The notes under the pieces were generated by a model that was not told the DNA's origin, made no database searches, and was given only the letters and a program-made list of their open reading frames with translations. From assembly GCA_951406725.2 (NCBI GenBank), contig OX597837.1, positions 35,030,001-35,094,000 on the forward strand: 64,000 nt of DNA, in the 5' to 3' direction. The DNA comes from Octopus vulgaris. Its lineage: Eukaryota. Positions 41,671 to 56,704 of this stretch are shown piece by piece. The translations under genes and the position numbers were made by a program. Positions within the stretch are counted from its first letter, which is position 1. Each line of letters begins with the position of its first letter.

Positions 41671-43791
41671 CTTTACTTATTTATATGTCACTCTGTCTGT
41701 TCCCCTCCACAGCTCCCTCTGTATTGCTTCTGACCTATCTCACTAACAGTGTATTTATCTTTATCTTTTGTGCCGGTCATTTGACAGCAGCCATGCTGGG
41801 GTACATCATGAAGGGTTCAATCGAAGAAATCAACCCCAGTACCTATATTTTTTAAACCTGGTATTTATTCTATCAGTCTCTTTTGCTAAACCACTAAGTT
41901 ATAGGAACATAAACAACCAGCACTGGTTGCTAAGTGGTGGTTGGGGACAAATACAAACACACACACAAATATATATGTATATATGTATATGACCTCCTCC
42001 AATGACCCCACCCTTCTCAAAGGATCTTTGTCCTGCAAAATTACTTGGTGATCTTGCATCCATTCCACACTGTAAAGTGGTTGGCATTTGGAAGGGCATC
42101 CAGCAGTAAAAACCATGCCAAAACTGACCTCGCTTATGCTTGTGCTACATGGAAAACATTCAGTCCACTCTGCTGCGTGGTTGGTGTTAGGAAGGGCATC
42201 AAGCCATAAACATCATGCCAAAACAAACAAAGAAGTCTGGTGCAGTTTTCTGCCTGGCCAACCATCCAACCCATGCCAGCATGGAAGGTGGATGTTAAAC
42301 AATGATGATGATGATGATATATGGTAATGACAAGAACTTTTGGATGGAAATTCATAAATCCTTCAATGCACTGCTAGGTATGTTTCCACTGACCTCATGT
42401 TTTAGTTGTGGCATTCCCGTGTGTGTGTGTGTGTGTGTCATCATCGTTTAACATCCTCCTTCCATGCTGGCATGGATGAGATGGTTTGACAGGCGCTGGC
42501 CAGGCAGGAGGCTGCACCATACTTCTGTATTTGTTTTAACATGGTCTTTATGGCTGGCTGTCCTTCCTAACATCAACCACACTGTAGAATGAGCTATATA
42601 TATTTATACACACACATATAATAATAATAATGAAATTATTGTATACAGTGATCAGGTGCACCACAACTTGTCAGAGTATATGCAGTAATGTACAAATGTC
42701 TGGATGGGCTTCTTTCAGTTTCTCTCTACTAAATCCACTCGCTTAGATCAAGTTGGGGCTATAGCAGAGACACTTGCCCAAGGTGCTGAGCAGTGGGATT
42801 GAACCAAAGACCACATGGCTAAGAAGCTTGCTTCATAACCACGTAGCTATGCCTACGCATAGTTAACATTTTTTTAATATTCAACCTTTACAAATGTTAA
42901 CATTTATACGTACATCTCTCTCACTATCTACCCATTTATCTAACGTTTGATAATTCTCTTCAGCTATACAAGGGTCCATACGTAGTCATCATTTCAAGGT
43001 TAATTAAGGTTAATTATTACATTTAAAAATAATAATAATAAACATTGTGTACAGTGCTCAGGTGCACTACATATATAATCAGGTGTAGTTTCGACGGATT
43101 TCGGAAAGCATGAGGGCCTTAAAGGATGTTTCACAACTACAAGGTCCTGCATTCAATAGCAATGAGAGGTAATTGGGTTATGCCTCCTGCCTCTTTTTGC
43201 AAACATTCAAGCCAACCAAGGCTGCCACCAGGGGCAGATTGGCTAGGTTGCCAGCTTGCCCGATGGCAAGTGGGCCCCTACACCATTAGAAGCCATATAT
43301 GAGGGCCCATGTAGTATCTAAGGGTCCCACCCTCTCAAGTTTGAGAATTTTTTATTCACTCCTGGAAGAATGCATTGATTATTTCAGCTTGGCTGTGTTT
43401 GTAGACAGTTGAAAAGAATACTTATAACCAAACAAAATATTAAATGATAGCATTGTAGTTGTAGGTGGGCCCCCTTGTAGTTGTGGGTGGTCCCCCTTAG
43501 TCTCCTGATAACCAATATTTTTAGACCCAGTCTGCCACAATAAAGTTTGGTACACCAAACATTGCAGAGGAGCACAAAGCTGAGTCCATGTGATTGTTTT
43601 TGTGCATGTGTGTGTGTATGTATGTATGTACATGTGTACATTTAGGGATAACCACCAGGTGGATAACCAATATGCTAGAAGAAGATCACACACGATCTAA
43701 CTACAAAGAAAAGAATGTTCTCTAGAGAAATTCAGCAAACACCAGAACATAAGCAGGTAAGACAGATGAAAATATATAAAAAACAAGAATT

Positions 43792-43866
43792 AATCATAGA
43801 CCGGTTTCGTCTATTACTAATAATTGCTTACGTAATTTTTTCATCCGTAAACTTGTCAGTACGATT
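43792..43866 (-). ncRNA. Type I hammerhead ribozyme fold with a G8A core change (probably inactive)
   Basis: Minus strand aatcgta-CTGACAA-gttta...tagac-GAAA-CCGG-TC-tatgatt; 7-bp helix I and palindromic helix III. Confidence 0.6.
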
Positions 43867-44004
43867 GTTCCAATTCAATATAATTTGAAAAACTTAACAC
43901 CAGTTGTCCTTATAAAACTAGACGTGTGCATAGTTATACACACAGATATATAAATACACATATATAAATGTAAAAGTACATGCATATATACATATATATG
44001 CATG

Positions 44005-44036
<32 letters not shown>

Positions 44037-44072
44037 ATATATACACATATATTTAGAGTGTTAAGTGTGATA

Positions 44073-44106
<34 letters not shown>

Positions 44107-44189
44107 TATCAGCAGAATAACTTATTAATTTTAATTTTACAAGGTTGACAAGTTAATTCAGTTTCCCTTTATAAATACTATTCTTTTAT

Positions 44190-44595
44190 TTTTTTTACTT
44201 GTTTCAATCATTTGACTGCAGTCATGCTGGAGCAATGCCTTGCAGGGTTTTTTAGTTGAACAAGTCAACCCCAGGACTATATATTTTTTTTTTTTTTGCT
44301 AAGCCTAGTACTTATTCTATCGGTCTCTTTTACCAAACTGCTAATTTATACGGATGCAAATACACCAACACCAGCTGTCAAGCAGTGATAGAGGACAAAC
44401 ACAAACAAACACGCATAGACATTTACACATACGACAGGCTTCTTACAGTTTCCCCTCTACCAAATACACTCACAAAGCTTTGGTCAGCCTGAGGTTAATA
44501 TAGAAGACGCTTGCCCAAGGTGCCAGGCAGTGGAATTGAACTAGAACCATGGGGTTGGGAAGAAAGTTTCCTACCACTCAGACACACCTGCACCT
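44190..44595 (-). mobile_element. SINE family A, diverged
   Basis: Colinear with other family A copies. Confidence 0.8.
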
Positions 44596-45015
44596 ATATA
44601 TATATATGCATGTATACATATATATATGCATGTATACATATATATATATATGCATGTATACATATATATATGCATGTATACACATACATATATGCATGTA
44701 TACACATATATATATATGCATGAATAATACATATATATATATATATATATATAAATATATATATATTTATGCATGTATACATATAAATATATGCATGTAT
44801 ACATATATATATATATATATGCATGTATACATATATACATATGCATGCAAACATACATACATATATACATGCATATATATATATATATATATATGTAGGT
44901 CCCGGGTTGATTCGGGGTTAACCACAGTAAGTAAGGTACTCAATACATAGCAGAGTAAAATTAAGATTTCTCTTGAATGAAACAGTACTAGTCCTGTAGA
45001 AGCTCCTTCTATATA

Positions 45016-45056
<41 letters not shown>

Positions 45057-45437
45057 CATACATAATATTGTGGCTTCAGTCCCTAGAGACCGGGTGGCGT
45101 GCTGTGTTCTTGAGCAATATACTTCATGTCACACTGCTCAGCGATCACTTCAACACCTGACGCTTGGTAGGTACACTGTTGCACCCATTAAGGCAACGTC
45201 GATTTGATGGAAGGAGTAAGTGAATGTACAGCACATTATAAACAAATCACCTGTGTAGGTCGTTCGGCAAAAACAAGCTGAACACTCATACGCCATCTTC
45301 GACGGGAGAGTCCATCACCTTCATACAAACACACATACGTCGACATACATATACAAATGCTTTAGAATATATATATAAACATATATAGATAATCAGACTT
45401 GTACATATACAGAGACACATATACACACATGCACATA

Positions 45438-45660
45438 TATTTCTTTACTACCCACAAGGGGCTAAACACAGAGGGGACAAACAAGGACAGACAAACGGAT
45501 TAAGTCGATTACATCGACCCCCAGTGCGAAACTGGTACTTTATTTATCGACCCCGAAAGGATGAAAGGCAAAGTCGACCTCGGCGGAATTTGAACTCAGG
45601 ACGTAATGGCAGACGAAATACGGCTACGCATTTCGCTCAGCGTGCTAACGGGTTCTGCCA
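45438..45660 (-). mobile_element. SINE family B, near full length
   Basis: Matches 24674-24887 and 40042-40272. Confidence 0.9.
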
Positions 45661-45704
45661 GGCACATATCCACACGTATATATACATATACGAAGATAGA
45701 GAGA

Positions 45705-45746
45705 AACATGTCTGACGAAGGGGCCAGACCTGAAACGTCAATATTC
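45705..45746 (+). ncRNA. Minimal hammerhead motif
   Basis: CTGACGA (45712-45718)-agg-ggccaga-cct-GAAA-CG-TC; helix I pairs poorly. Confidence 0.5.
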
Positions 45747-45903
45747 CCCCTCATCCCTCGAACGGCAAACATGTCTAATTCGACAAACCTCACTGAACAA
45801 TTTTAACTAACTATGTCCTTCAGAATCCAAGAATATTTCATTTGTTGTATTTTTATTTGACAGACAGAGAGAGAAAGAGAGGAAAAACAATAAATGGTGA
45901 CTG

Positions 45904-45938
<35 letters not shown>

Positions 45939-45939
<1 letters not shown>

Positions 45940-46370
45940 GGCGATCTTTCGTCTCTAGTAGACCTTTCCGTCGATTTCCGTAAAAATTTTTTTTTTTTTT
46001 ACATATGGGCTTGCGGGAACTTTTGAAGTAATGAGAGCGAAAGAGACTAAGAGAAAGCGATTGCATGACGAGGGAAGTTCTTTTGAAGTTACCGTGCATG
46101 TGAAGCATTGATGTACATGTGTGTGCGTGTGTGTGTGTGTTTGGTGGGGTGTGGGAGACAGAAAGTATGTTGTGCAAGTGAAGTGCTTCTGTTAGTGTGT
46201 GTGAAGAGACAGAGTAATGTGTGAAAGAAAGAGATAACTGAAATTTTTTACTCGGTGTATGTGTATATGTATGTATATTACTTCAAAAGTTCCCGCAAGC
46301 CCATATGTAAAAGAAAAAAATTTTTTTACGGAAATCGACGGAAAGGTCTACTAGAGACGAAAGATCGCCA
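45939..46370. repeat. 94-bp inverted repeat pair with a 244-bp spacer
   Basis: 45939-46032 and 46277-46370 are complementary except within the A/T homopolymer run. Confidence 0.95.
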
Positions 46371-46459
46371 ATAGGGGAAATAGATGGTGTTGTGGATTTC
46401 CACTCCGGCATCTGAAACTCAGAGTTTTATCTTGACTATCGAGTAATGTAACATATTAT

Positions 46460-46502
<43 letters not shown>

Positions 46503-46724
46503 TTATTTATTTATCTAATATCCTTTCCAAGTGGCTAAAAAACAACCGGTGCAAGTCCGAAGGCTGAAGATCATCCGAAAGTTTGAAGAAAAAGCGACAT
46601 TATGAAAGCGATAAAACATTATCACCTTTGTTGTGTGTCACAGACAGCAGCATGTCTGATCTAATTTCGTTAGAGGCACAATATTTATCTTCTTGATCTT
46701 TACTAAGGATTAAGCAGGGCACTA

Positions 46725-47063
46725 CACAAGAAAGGGGTGGCACATAAGATACATATACTACATACACACATATACACACGTATATACATACGCCTTAATA
46801 CAAATAAGCATGTACCCACAAATACATTCATATACACAGTCCCACACACACAGATACACGTATATATACACAAATACATACGTACACAGGAAGGGGTGGC
46901 AGCATAATATACATATATTACACACACACACATATACACACGTATATACATACGCCTTAATACAAATAAGCATGTACCCACAAATACATTCATATACACA
47001 GTCCCACACACACGTAAATATACACACAGATACACGTATATATACACAAATACATACGTACAC
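46725..47063. repeat. Direct tandem duplication of about 160 bp
   Basis: ggggtggca...cgccttaatacaaataagcatgtacccacaaatac...catacgtacaca occurs twice. Confidence 0.9.
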
Positions 47064-47341
47064 ATTTCAATTGGCACCCTATTTTATCGTCCCCAATTTA
47101 TCGAAATGGTGAATTACAAGGGATACAAAAAAACAGGGACCATACAGAAATAACACCGGTGTAAACAGAAACCCAAACAACCAGAAAATAGAATAAAATA
47201 CACAAAATAATAGAATGCACACACACACACACACACACCATGTGTATATATATATATAGAAGGGGTGGGGACGCTTGGATGTTTTATTGTGTATACAGAT
47301 GAAAAAGTACACACATTCTTTAAATTTGTCTGTATGTGTGC

Positions 47342-47386
<45 letters not shown>

Positions 47387-47647
47387 CATACATACACACA
47401 CATATATATATATATACATACATACATACACACACATATATATATACATACATACATACACACACATATATATATATACATACATACACACACATATATA
47501 TATATACATACATACATACACACACATATATATATATACATACACATACACACACACACATATATATAAATATATATACATACATACACACACATATATA
47601 TATATACATACATACATACACACACACACACATATATATACATACAT

Positions 47648-47696
<49 letters not shown>

Positions 47697-47805
47697 CATA
47701 CACACATATATATATATATATATATACATACATACACACATATATATATATACATACATACATACACACACACACACATATATATATATACATACATACA
47801 TACAT

Positions 47806-47836
<31 letters not shown>

Positions 47837-48353
47837 CATACATACATACACACATATATATATACATACATACACACACACGTTCATTATATATAAAAAC
47901 ATTCATTTATATATATATATATATATACATACATACACACACATATATACATATATAGACACACGCATACATTTACACACACATACATACACAAATATGT
48001 GTGTTGTGTGTTTATAATTATTAGTGTGTCAGACGGAATAGACAATAGATATATAATAATAAGGCGAAGTGTTGTTATTTATACACACTTAGCTTTATGT
48101 TTACATCGACGTGTGCATCGATGTAATGTGCGTATATAACTAACTGCAAGTGCAATTGTTGCACACTTTAAATGTGGGTTAAGGCGTATCTCTATCAATG
48201 TATGTGTACGTATAATAGAGATATATAGACAGACAGATAGATAGATGTAGGCGTGTCTGTGAATTTAGTATGTGTGTGTAGATTTACATTAATCTTGTTA
48301 TATATAAATATATAAGTGGAAAAGCAATAAACAGTGACTGGTGTGTGTGTATG

Positions 48354-48398
<45 letters not shown>

Positions 48399-48493
48399 TT
48401 ATCTAATCAAGCCAAGGACCTATAATCCTTTAAGGGATGTTTGCATCCTAGTTCAATTTCTCTATTTTTTTCTTTTTTCTCAGTCATACACAA

Positions 48494-48566
<73 letters not shown>

Positions 48567-48588
48567 CATATAAAACAAGACAGACAAC

Positions 48589-48960
<372 letters not shown>

Positions 48961-49152
48961 ATGTGTATATATACATATATAAATATATTTAAATATAGAA
49001 AGAGAAAGAGAGAGAGAGACAAACAAATACGTAGAAAACATGTGAGTGCGATGTGTATATGTATATAAATACATATATATATATAATGTATATATGGGAG
49101 AGAAATACATTCATAGGTAGCTAAATATACACACACAAATACGCCTGTGTGC

Positions 49153-49228
<76 letters not shown>

Positions 49229-49629
49229 GTGTGTATGTATATAATGTATGTATACGTATGTATGTGTATAATGGGATGAGAGAGAGGGGTATATAGAGAT
49301 GTGGTGGAGAGATGTTGATGGAAACATTGAACATAAAGTGGATGGCCATGGAACAGAAGCAAAACAAATTGATTATCATAAATAGCAAATAATAACATCG
49401 ACAAATTAGGATACATTCCTTCACATTATATATTCATCATATATATATATATATATTTCCCTCGTACACTTATGACATAAATACATTATATATATATACA
49501 TTATTATACAAAACACATGATGATGTATATATATATATAGACGACGTAAACAAGATCTCGTTTAACCTCTTCATCGGATTTTCCTGACAAACACGATTTG
49601 TTCGTGTATATATATATATATATATATAT

Positions 49630-49660
<31 letters not shown>

Positions 49661-49919
49661 CACATACATACACATATATATATACACATACATACATACA
49701 TATATACACATACATATATATATATATACATACATACATGCACTCACATTGGTGTGCATATAAATATATATACATGTATATATTGGTATGCAATTATATA
49801 TATATATATACAAACATAATTACACGCGAGTGTTTCTGTCTGTCTGTATGTACATACATTGTGCATGTGTATATATGTATATATATATATATATATAGAC
49901 ACACACATACACGTTGATG

Positions 49920-49959
<40 letters not shown>

Positions 49960-50062
49960 CAAAATACACACGTTTATATATATAGACACACATGCATATA
50001 TATACATATATATATATATATAGACACACACATGCACATATATATATATATATGTGTGTGTG

Positions 50063-50094
<32 letters not shown>

Positions 50095-50272
50095 CGTATA
50101 TAAACATCAATGTGTATGTACAAATGCACGTATATATAATATTGCACATCAGTGTGTGTATACATTGCTTAATATATATATATAGTTCAAACCCATACAC
50201 ACCAATTTCAATCAAATATTTCGTTCCTTTCTACAATTTTTTCCTTATATTTTCCTTCATTTTTCCACTTAC

Positions 50273-50358
50273 CTTCTTTGAGCAAAACCAAATTTCTCAA
50301 AAGCCATCTCTTTCAAAGACGGTCTTTTCCCTGAGTTATTTCTGTTGGTGGTGGTCAT
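50273..50358 (-). CDS. Probable first coding exon of an unidentified host gene (MTTTNRNNSGKRPSLKEMAFEKFGFAQR, phase 2)
   Basis: accATG context, in-frame TAA 12 nt upstream, 28 non-repetitive codons, consensus donor AAG|GTAAGT at 50273/50272, CpG-retaining surroundings. Confidence 0.6.
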
Positions 50359-51098
50359 GGTAGGAACTTAAGCCGTATAAATCGCACACCAGAGATACGG
50401 TAACGATAATAATTAATGAAATAATTAAATAAATAATAATAAATAATGACAATAACAACTAATAATAATAATAATGATGTGTCGTCTGTTTATCAACAAA
50501 TAATGTCGGTTGCTCTTACTCCCTCTGTATATCTATACATATATATTTCTACATATATCTTGTTATTGCCGTAGTTTGTGACTATTTGTTGCTGATATTC
50601 TTACTGATGTTGTTATTACTATTATTTGTCAATGAATTGGTCACACTGGATTTTTGTGATGGAGCAACACTGACCAAGACATGTCCTACACTTTTCTTGT
50701 TGTCACATCCGACCTACTCTCTTTCTTCTCTCCTCTCTCTCTCTCTTTCTTTCTCTCTCTCTCTCTCTGCCCCGCTTTCTTCTCTTCTCTTCTCTTCTCT
50801 TTTCTCCCCTCCCTCTCTCTCTCTCTCTCTCTCCTCTTCACTTTTTTTTCTTCTTATTCTACGATTATTCTATTCCGTTCCCTCTTCGATATTATTATTA
50901 TTATTGTTCTTTTTTTATTCATCCCCGCCCTCTATCTTTCTCTCTCTTACACACACACACATACACACACACACATACACACACATACACACATACACAC
51001 ACACATACACACACACACACACATACACACACACATACACACACACACTTGAGATCTCTGTTTTCTAACTCAATAAAATATCTTACGATATTACATAT

Positions 51099-51221
<123 letters not shown>

Positions 51222-52650
51222 AATATATATAGGGATATATATATATATACACAAATATATATAGGGATATATATATGTATGTATATATATTTATGTATAT
51301 ATGTATATATGTATGCATGTGTGTATATGTATGTGTGCGTATGTGTATAAATATATCGGTTCCGTCTCTCTCATATAGTTTATTCTCTCTCTCTGTCTTT
51401 CTCTCGTGTGTACGATTGTGTGTGTATGTGTATGTATATGTGTGTGTGTGTGTATGTGTATATATATGTGTGTGAGTGTGTGTGTGTGTGTGTCTTTCTC
51501 TCTCCCTCTCCCCCTCTCTCTGAATACATAACGTTCCACTCTTCTCTTCTCTTCTCTTCTCTTCTCTCTTGTATTCTCTTATTCTCTTCTTCCCGGCTAT
51601 ATATTCTCCCTCCTTATTCTTTTTATATATTCTCTTATTCTCACTTCTGATTTGATCTGTGGCTGCCTGTCTGTGTTTATGTCATGTGTTTATATATATC
51701 TCTCTCTACACACACATATACATACAGGTTTATTGATAGATATGTTTTATGATCGTCCTTCTTCGCATGTTTCTTATTCTCTGTTATCGTTTAACCTCAT
51801 ATCAATTATGATCGATGAGGCCTATGAACAAAGATATTCCGTCCGTGACCATCATGTCTGGCGTCTTGATTGATATTTTTTTCTTCATATTTCGGTATCT
51901 AGGACAGCATTTTTTTCTACATATGTCCCGTCCTAGACACATTCAATAATTTTGTCCTTGATACACTTATGAATAGAGCGTGAATTGAGGTTGATTTGAC
52001 TGCTATTTCTAACAGATCGAATGACCCCCATACAGCCTCTTGTTTTGCCTCAAACTCCGTGTGTATGTGTGTGTGTGTGTGTGTGTGTGCATGTACGTGT
52101 ACGTGTACATCTGTGTGTATGTGTGTATACATGTATGTGTGTATATTCTTGTGTTTAGTCCCAGGTCAACGTTGTATGTATACATACATGCATGCATGTA
52201 TGTATGTACATCTATGTGTATATATGTATTTATGCGTGTGTATGATTCTCGGTGTATGTGCACGTGTATAAGCCTTATATGTGTGTGATTATACGTGTGT
52301 GATGCCTAGTCCCGGGTAAACCTTGCACCTGTAAGTGTGTTTATATACGTGTATGTGTGTGTGTGTGTGTGTATGCATGTATACGTGTGTCTGTGTGCGC
52401 GCGCGCGTGTGTGAGAGAAAGAGAGAGACTGGGATTACGTGTCTGATGTTTAATCCCAGTTAAACCTTAATCGAGGAGACGAACCCGTGATAAAAATATA
52501 AAAAGCTTTCCAGCTACGACCACCCTGTCTTTTTTTAAGTGTATATACAAATACATTCTCTGAAACGGACACGATCGCCTTTATTGTTTAAGAAGGTCGT
52601 TTTTCAACAACGAAGTTTCGATGTCTGTCTAATCGGGCAAGAGATTTGCA

Positions 52651-52836
52651 CAGTGACGTAGCTAAGACTGTGCCGCCCGGGGCAGTAATCGAGTTCCCCA
52701 CTTCTTCAACGAGCCACCAAGCCTATACAGGCTTATTACAGCAGACACAAAAAAATGCCATCACCTTAAAAGCGTCCCCTGGGGACGGGCTGCATGACTC
52801 GCCACCACCACCACAACCAACCCAGCTGCGACACTG
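52651..52836. mobile_element. Small non-autonomous DNA transposon (MITE)
   Basis: TIRs cagtgacgtagct / agctgcgacactg (11/13), GC-rich subterminal motifs, CA dinucleotide on both sides. Confidence 0.5.
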
Positions 52837-52914
52837 CACCTGCACCTGCACCGTGAACAAGTGTCTTTTACGACAATATCCCCTGGCAGAACAAAAGCCT
52901 TGTGAGAGGACTGG

Positions 52915-53310
52915 TCATCATCATCATTGTTCGACCGTGGTCGAGACAATGGAATTTACCATGCTACGCCAGACTTCACTGTCCATCATGGCATTACGGA
53001 GGTCCTGTTACTGGATGCCTGTATCCCTGGAGATTACATCAGGGTAGGAGAGTGTGTGCCCTCTGGTATTGTGAGTAGATGGCTTCCAGAGGAGAAGAGT
53101 AGAAATTACCTCTTTTTCAGCTCTACAACAATGTCCAGCAAACTGGACTCTCCTACCTTTCACAAGAGATGACACAGGTGGTAGTTTCCCATATATTTGT
53201 ACTTTGGTTGGGTGACACTTCCACGAGAGATTTTGAGCTCTCTTAAGGAGGCGAGTATAGGTTCCATCCAACCGCCTCTCAAGCTTCTTTGATAACGTCC
53301 AGGTAGATGG
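52915..53310 (-). mobile_element. 5'-truncated RTE-clade LINE 3' end
   Basis: WTLSKKLERRLDGTYTRLLKRAQNLSWK...RVQFAGHCCR...LLLWKP...SYPDVISRDTG; (tga)n tail. Confidence 0.9.
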
Positions 53311-54051
53311 ACTGGTAGATGGAAACAGAAAGAAGCCCATTGAGTATCATCTTCATCACCATCGTTGTCATCATCATCATTGTCTCGTCATCGTTTCACT
53401 GTCTACTTTTCTATGCTTGCACGAGTAAGCACCTATTTCTTTCTTGGAGTGGTTGGCATTCTTGGAGTGGAAGGTCATCGAACCGTAGAAACCGTGCCAA
53501 ATCAGACTGGAGCCAAGTGCAGCCTTCCAGCTTGCCAGGTATGTTTAAACAGTCCAGCCCATGCCAGCATGGACAACGGACATTAAATGATGATGATGAT
53601 GTTGATGGGTGCCCTTCCTGTTGCCAACCCTCACCTGCAAGACGCAACAAAAATTTTAGGAAAATAAAAATAAGAAATAAGTGGAAATTTTACCGGTGAG
53701 TGTGTTACTTTATAAGGCACAAAAAGAAAATGACACAACAGAATATCTAAAACAACAAAGCCATAAATATGTGCTAAATTACCTTACCCACAAAAGAATT
53801 TTACACTTTTTTGTATATGTTTAAGTGTTTCATTTGATGACAATAAGGTAGGACAATTGCTGTGCTGGTGATAGTTGTTGAGGCAGAAACATGTAAACAG
53901 CTGCCTTCTTATCTACAGAAAATCAGAAGCCTTTCCTCCTTAATGCCATGTCAAGTTTACAGAATTCTTTGTTCTTCAGATTATCTCCCCTTTTTAGATT
54001 ATATCAAATAACACACACACACATACACACAGACATATACCATACATATAT

Positions 54052-54093
<42 letters not shown>

Positions 54094-54265
54094 TTTCTGT
54101 GTAGCTTTCTGTAAAAGAGCGTAGGCTTGAAACGTAAAAGACTTTTTCTATTCCTGAGCGCTATACTAATACATTTGTTTGTTTGTACACCACCTGCCTT
54201 CGTCTTTTGTTTATTTTCGTAAACTTTCCCTTTATATATATACATACACATACATACATATATAA

Positions 54266-54645
54266 GTAGTTCTGAGTTCAATGCCAGCATATGGCATCTC
54301 AGGCAAGTGCCTTCTGCTATAGCCTCGGGCTGACCAGAGCCTTGTGAGTGAAATTGATAGACAGAAACTTGAAGAAACCCATCTTACATAAATATATGTA
54401 TATATCTTTGTGTGTGTTTTTGTTTCCCCACCCCACCGCCACGGCTTAACAACCGGTGTTGGTGTGTTTACATCCCTGCAACTTAATGGTTTGGCAAAAG
54501 AGACTGATGGAATAAGTCTCAGGCTTAGCCAAAAAAAAAAATGAATCAAGTACTGAGGTCAATTCATTTGACTAAAAATCCTCCAAGATGGTGCCCCAGC
54601 ATGGCCGCAGTCTAATGACTGAAACAAGTAAAAGATAAAAGATAA
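54266..54645 (+). mobile_element. SINE family A, diverged
   Basis: Colinear with other family A copies. Confidence 0.8.
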
Positions 54646-54897
54646 ACACACACACACACACACACATACATATATACAGAGTGCAACAGAAGTGAAAAAA
54701 AACCTTCCACATTTTACAAAGCCATTCATGTAGCACCAGTGAAGTGACACAGGTGGTAATGGTGTCTTCATGTAGCTAATCTTTTACCAAATTTTTTTAT
54801 GTTTCTTCTTCTCAATTACCAGTCTTTTGCTGTTGAAACATTTATCAAGAATGGCAAACGTGGGAGGATTTTTTCCACACCCTGTAAGCTTATGAGT

Positions 54898-55660
54898 ATA
54901 CATACATACACACATACATACATACATACATGCATACATACATGCATACATACATACATGCGTTCATACATGCATGCATACATACATGCATACATACATA
55001 CATGCATACATACATGCATGCATACATACATGCATACATACATACATGCATACATACATACATGCATACATACATACATACATACATACATACATACATA
55101 CATGCATGTATACATACATGCATACATACATGCATACATACATACATACATACATACATGCATACATACTTACATAATGCATATATACTTGCATACATGC
55201 ATGTATACATACATGCCTACATGCATGCATACATACATACATACATACATACATACATACATACATACATACATACATACATACATACATACATACATGT
55301 ATGTATACATGCATACATACATGCATACATACATGCATACATACATACATGCATACATACATACATGCATACATACATGCATACATGCATGTATACATAC
55401 ATGCATACATACATACATACATACATACATGCATACATACATACATGCATACATACATACATAAATACATACATACATACATACATGCATGTATACATAC
55501 ATGCATACATACATGCATACATACATGCATACATACATACATGCATACATACATACATGCATACATACATGCATACATGCATGTATACATACATGCATAC
55601 ATACATGCATACATACATACATACATGCATGCATACATACATACATACATACATATATGT
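54898..55660. repeat. (CATA/CATG)n tetranucleotide array
   Basis: Directly visible. Confidence 0.95.
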
Positions 55661-55670
55661 ATACATTATA

Positions 55671-55701
<31 letters not shown>

Positions 55702-56289
55702 TTATGTATATATGTATGTATATATAAATTATATATATATATTATATGTTTAATTTATATATATATATATGTGTGTGTGTATTATATAAACATACATGTG
55801 TGTGTGTGGAAAGTAGGCAAAGTTCCAGGAACCTGAAACTAATCTCTTAATATTAAACTTCAGGCATTTTGCTTCACACCTCAGCCTCAAACTTCACTTA
55901 AGTTACACTTCAACCTCAACTTGAGTTCAACCTCAATTTCCTTCTCACTTCAACCTTTGCCACCCTATTACTCACTCCCACTTCAAAACTAAAAACTAAA
56001 CTAAACTCAACCTCAAACACAATTGCAGCCCTCACTCAGCTTCAACTTTGAGTCCCATTTCAATCTTTTCTATCTGCTTTTTATCTATCTTTCTATCTGC
56101 TTCATATCTCTCCAATCATTTACCACCATCACAATCCCATCCTTGGCTTAACATTACATCAACTTCTTCAAGTTATAAACATTTATATACACACACATTC
56201 ATACATATATTTTTAATTTGTTCTTTTCATTTTTACCATTTTGAAAAACAACAAATAATTTCAATGGTTTCTCTTATAAGACTGACAAA

Positions 56290-56690
56290 GGCACAGGAGT
56301 GGCTGTGTGGTAAGTAGCTTGCTTACCAACCACATGGTTCCAGGTTCAGTCCCACTGCGTGGCACCTTGGGCAAGTGTCTTCTACTATAGCCTCGGGCCG
56401 ACCAAAGCCTTGTGAGTGGATTTGGTAGACGGAAACTGAAAGAAGTCCGTCGTATATATGTGTATATATAAGCGTGTGTGTGTTTGTGTGTCTGTGTTTG
56501 TCCCCCTAGCATTGCTTGACAACCGATGCTGGTGTGTTTATGTCCCCGTTACTTAGCGGTTCGGCAAAAGAGACCGATAGAATAAATACTGGGCTTACAA
56601 AAGAATAAGTCCCGGGGTCGAGTTGCTCGATTAAAGGCGGTGCTCCAGCATGGCTGCAGTCAAATGACTGAAACAAGTAAAAGAGTAAAG
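56290..56690 (+). mobile_element. SINE family A, young full-length copy
   Basis: Complete head, body and tail with CpGs retained. Confidence 0.92.
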
Positions 56691-56704
56691 GAAGTTGAGT
56701 TTAA

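Noticed and set aside
43229-43535. Possible hAT-like MITE with gggccc motifs
   Set aside because: Ends are not convincingly complementary and no TSD is visible
46560-46615. CTGAAGA...GAAA hammerhead candidate
   Set aside because: No helix II pairing next to either GAAA
53787-53912. Possible minus-strand exon
   Set aside because: One frame is open but the peptide is not protein-like and splice signals are modest
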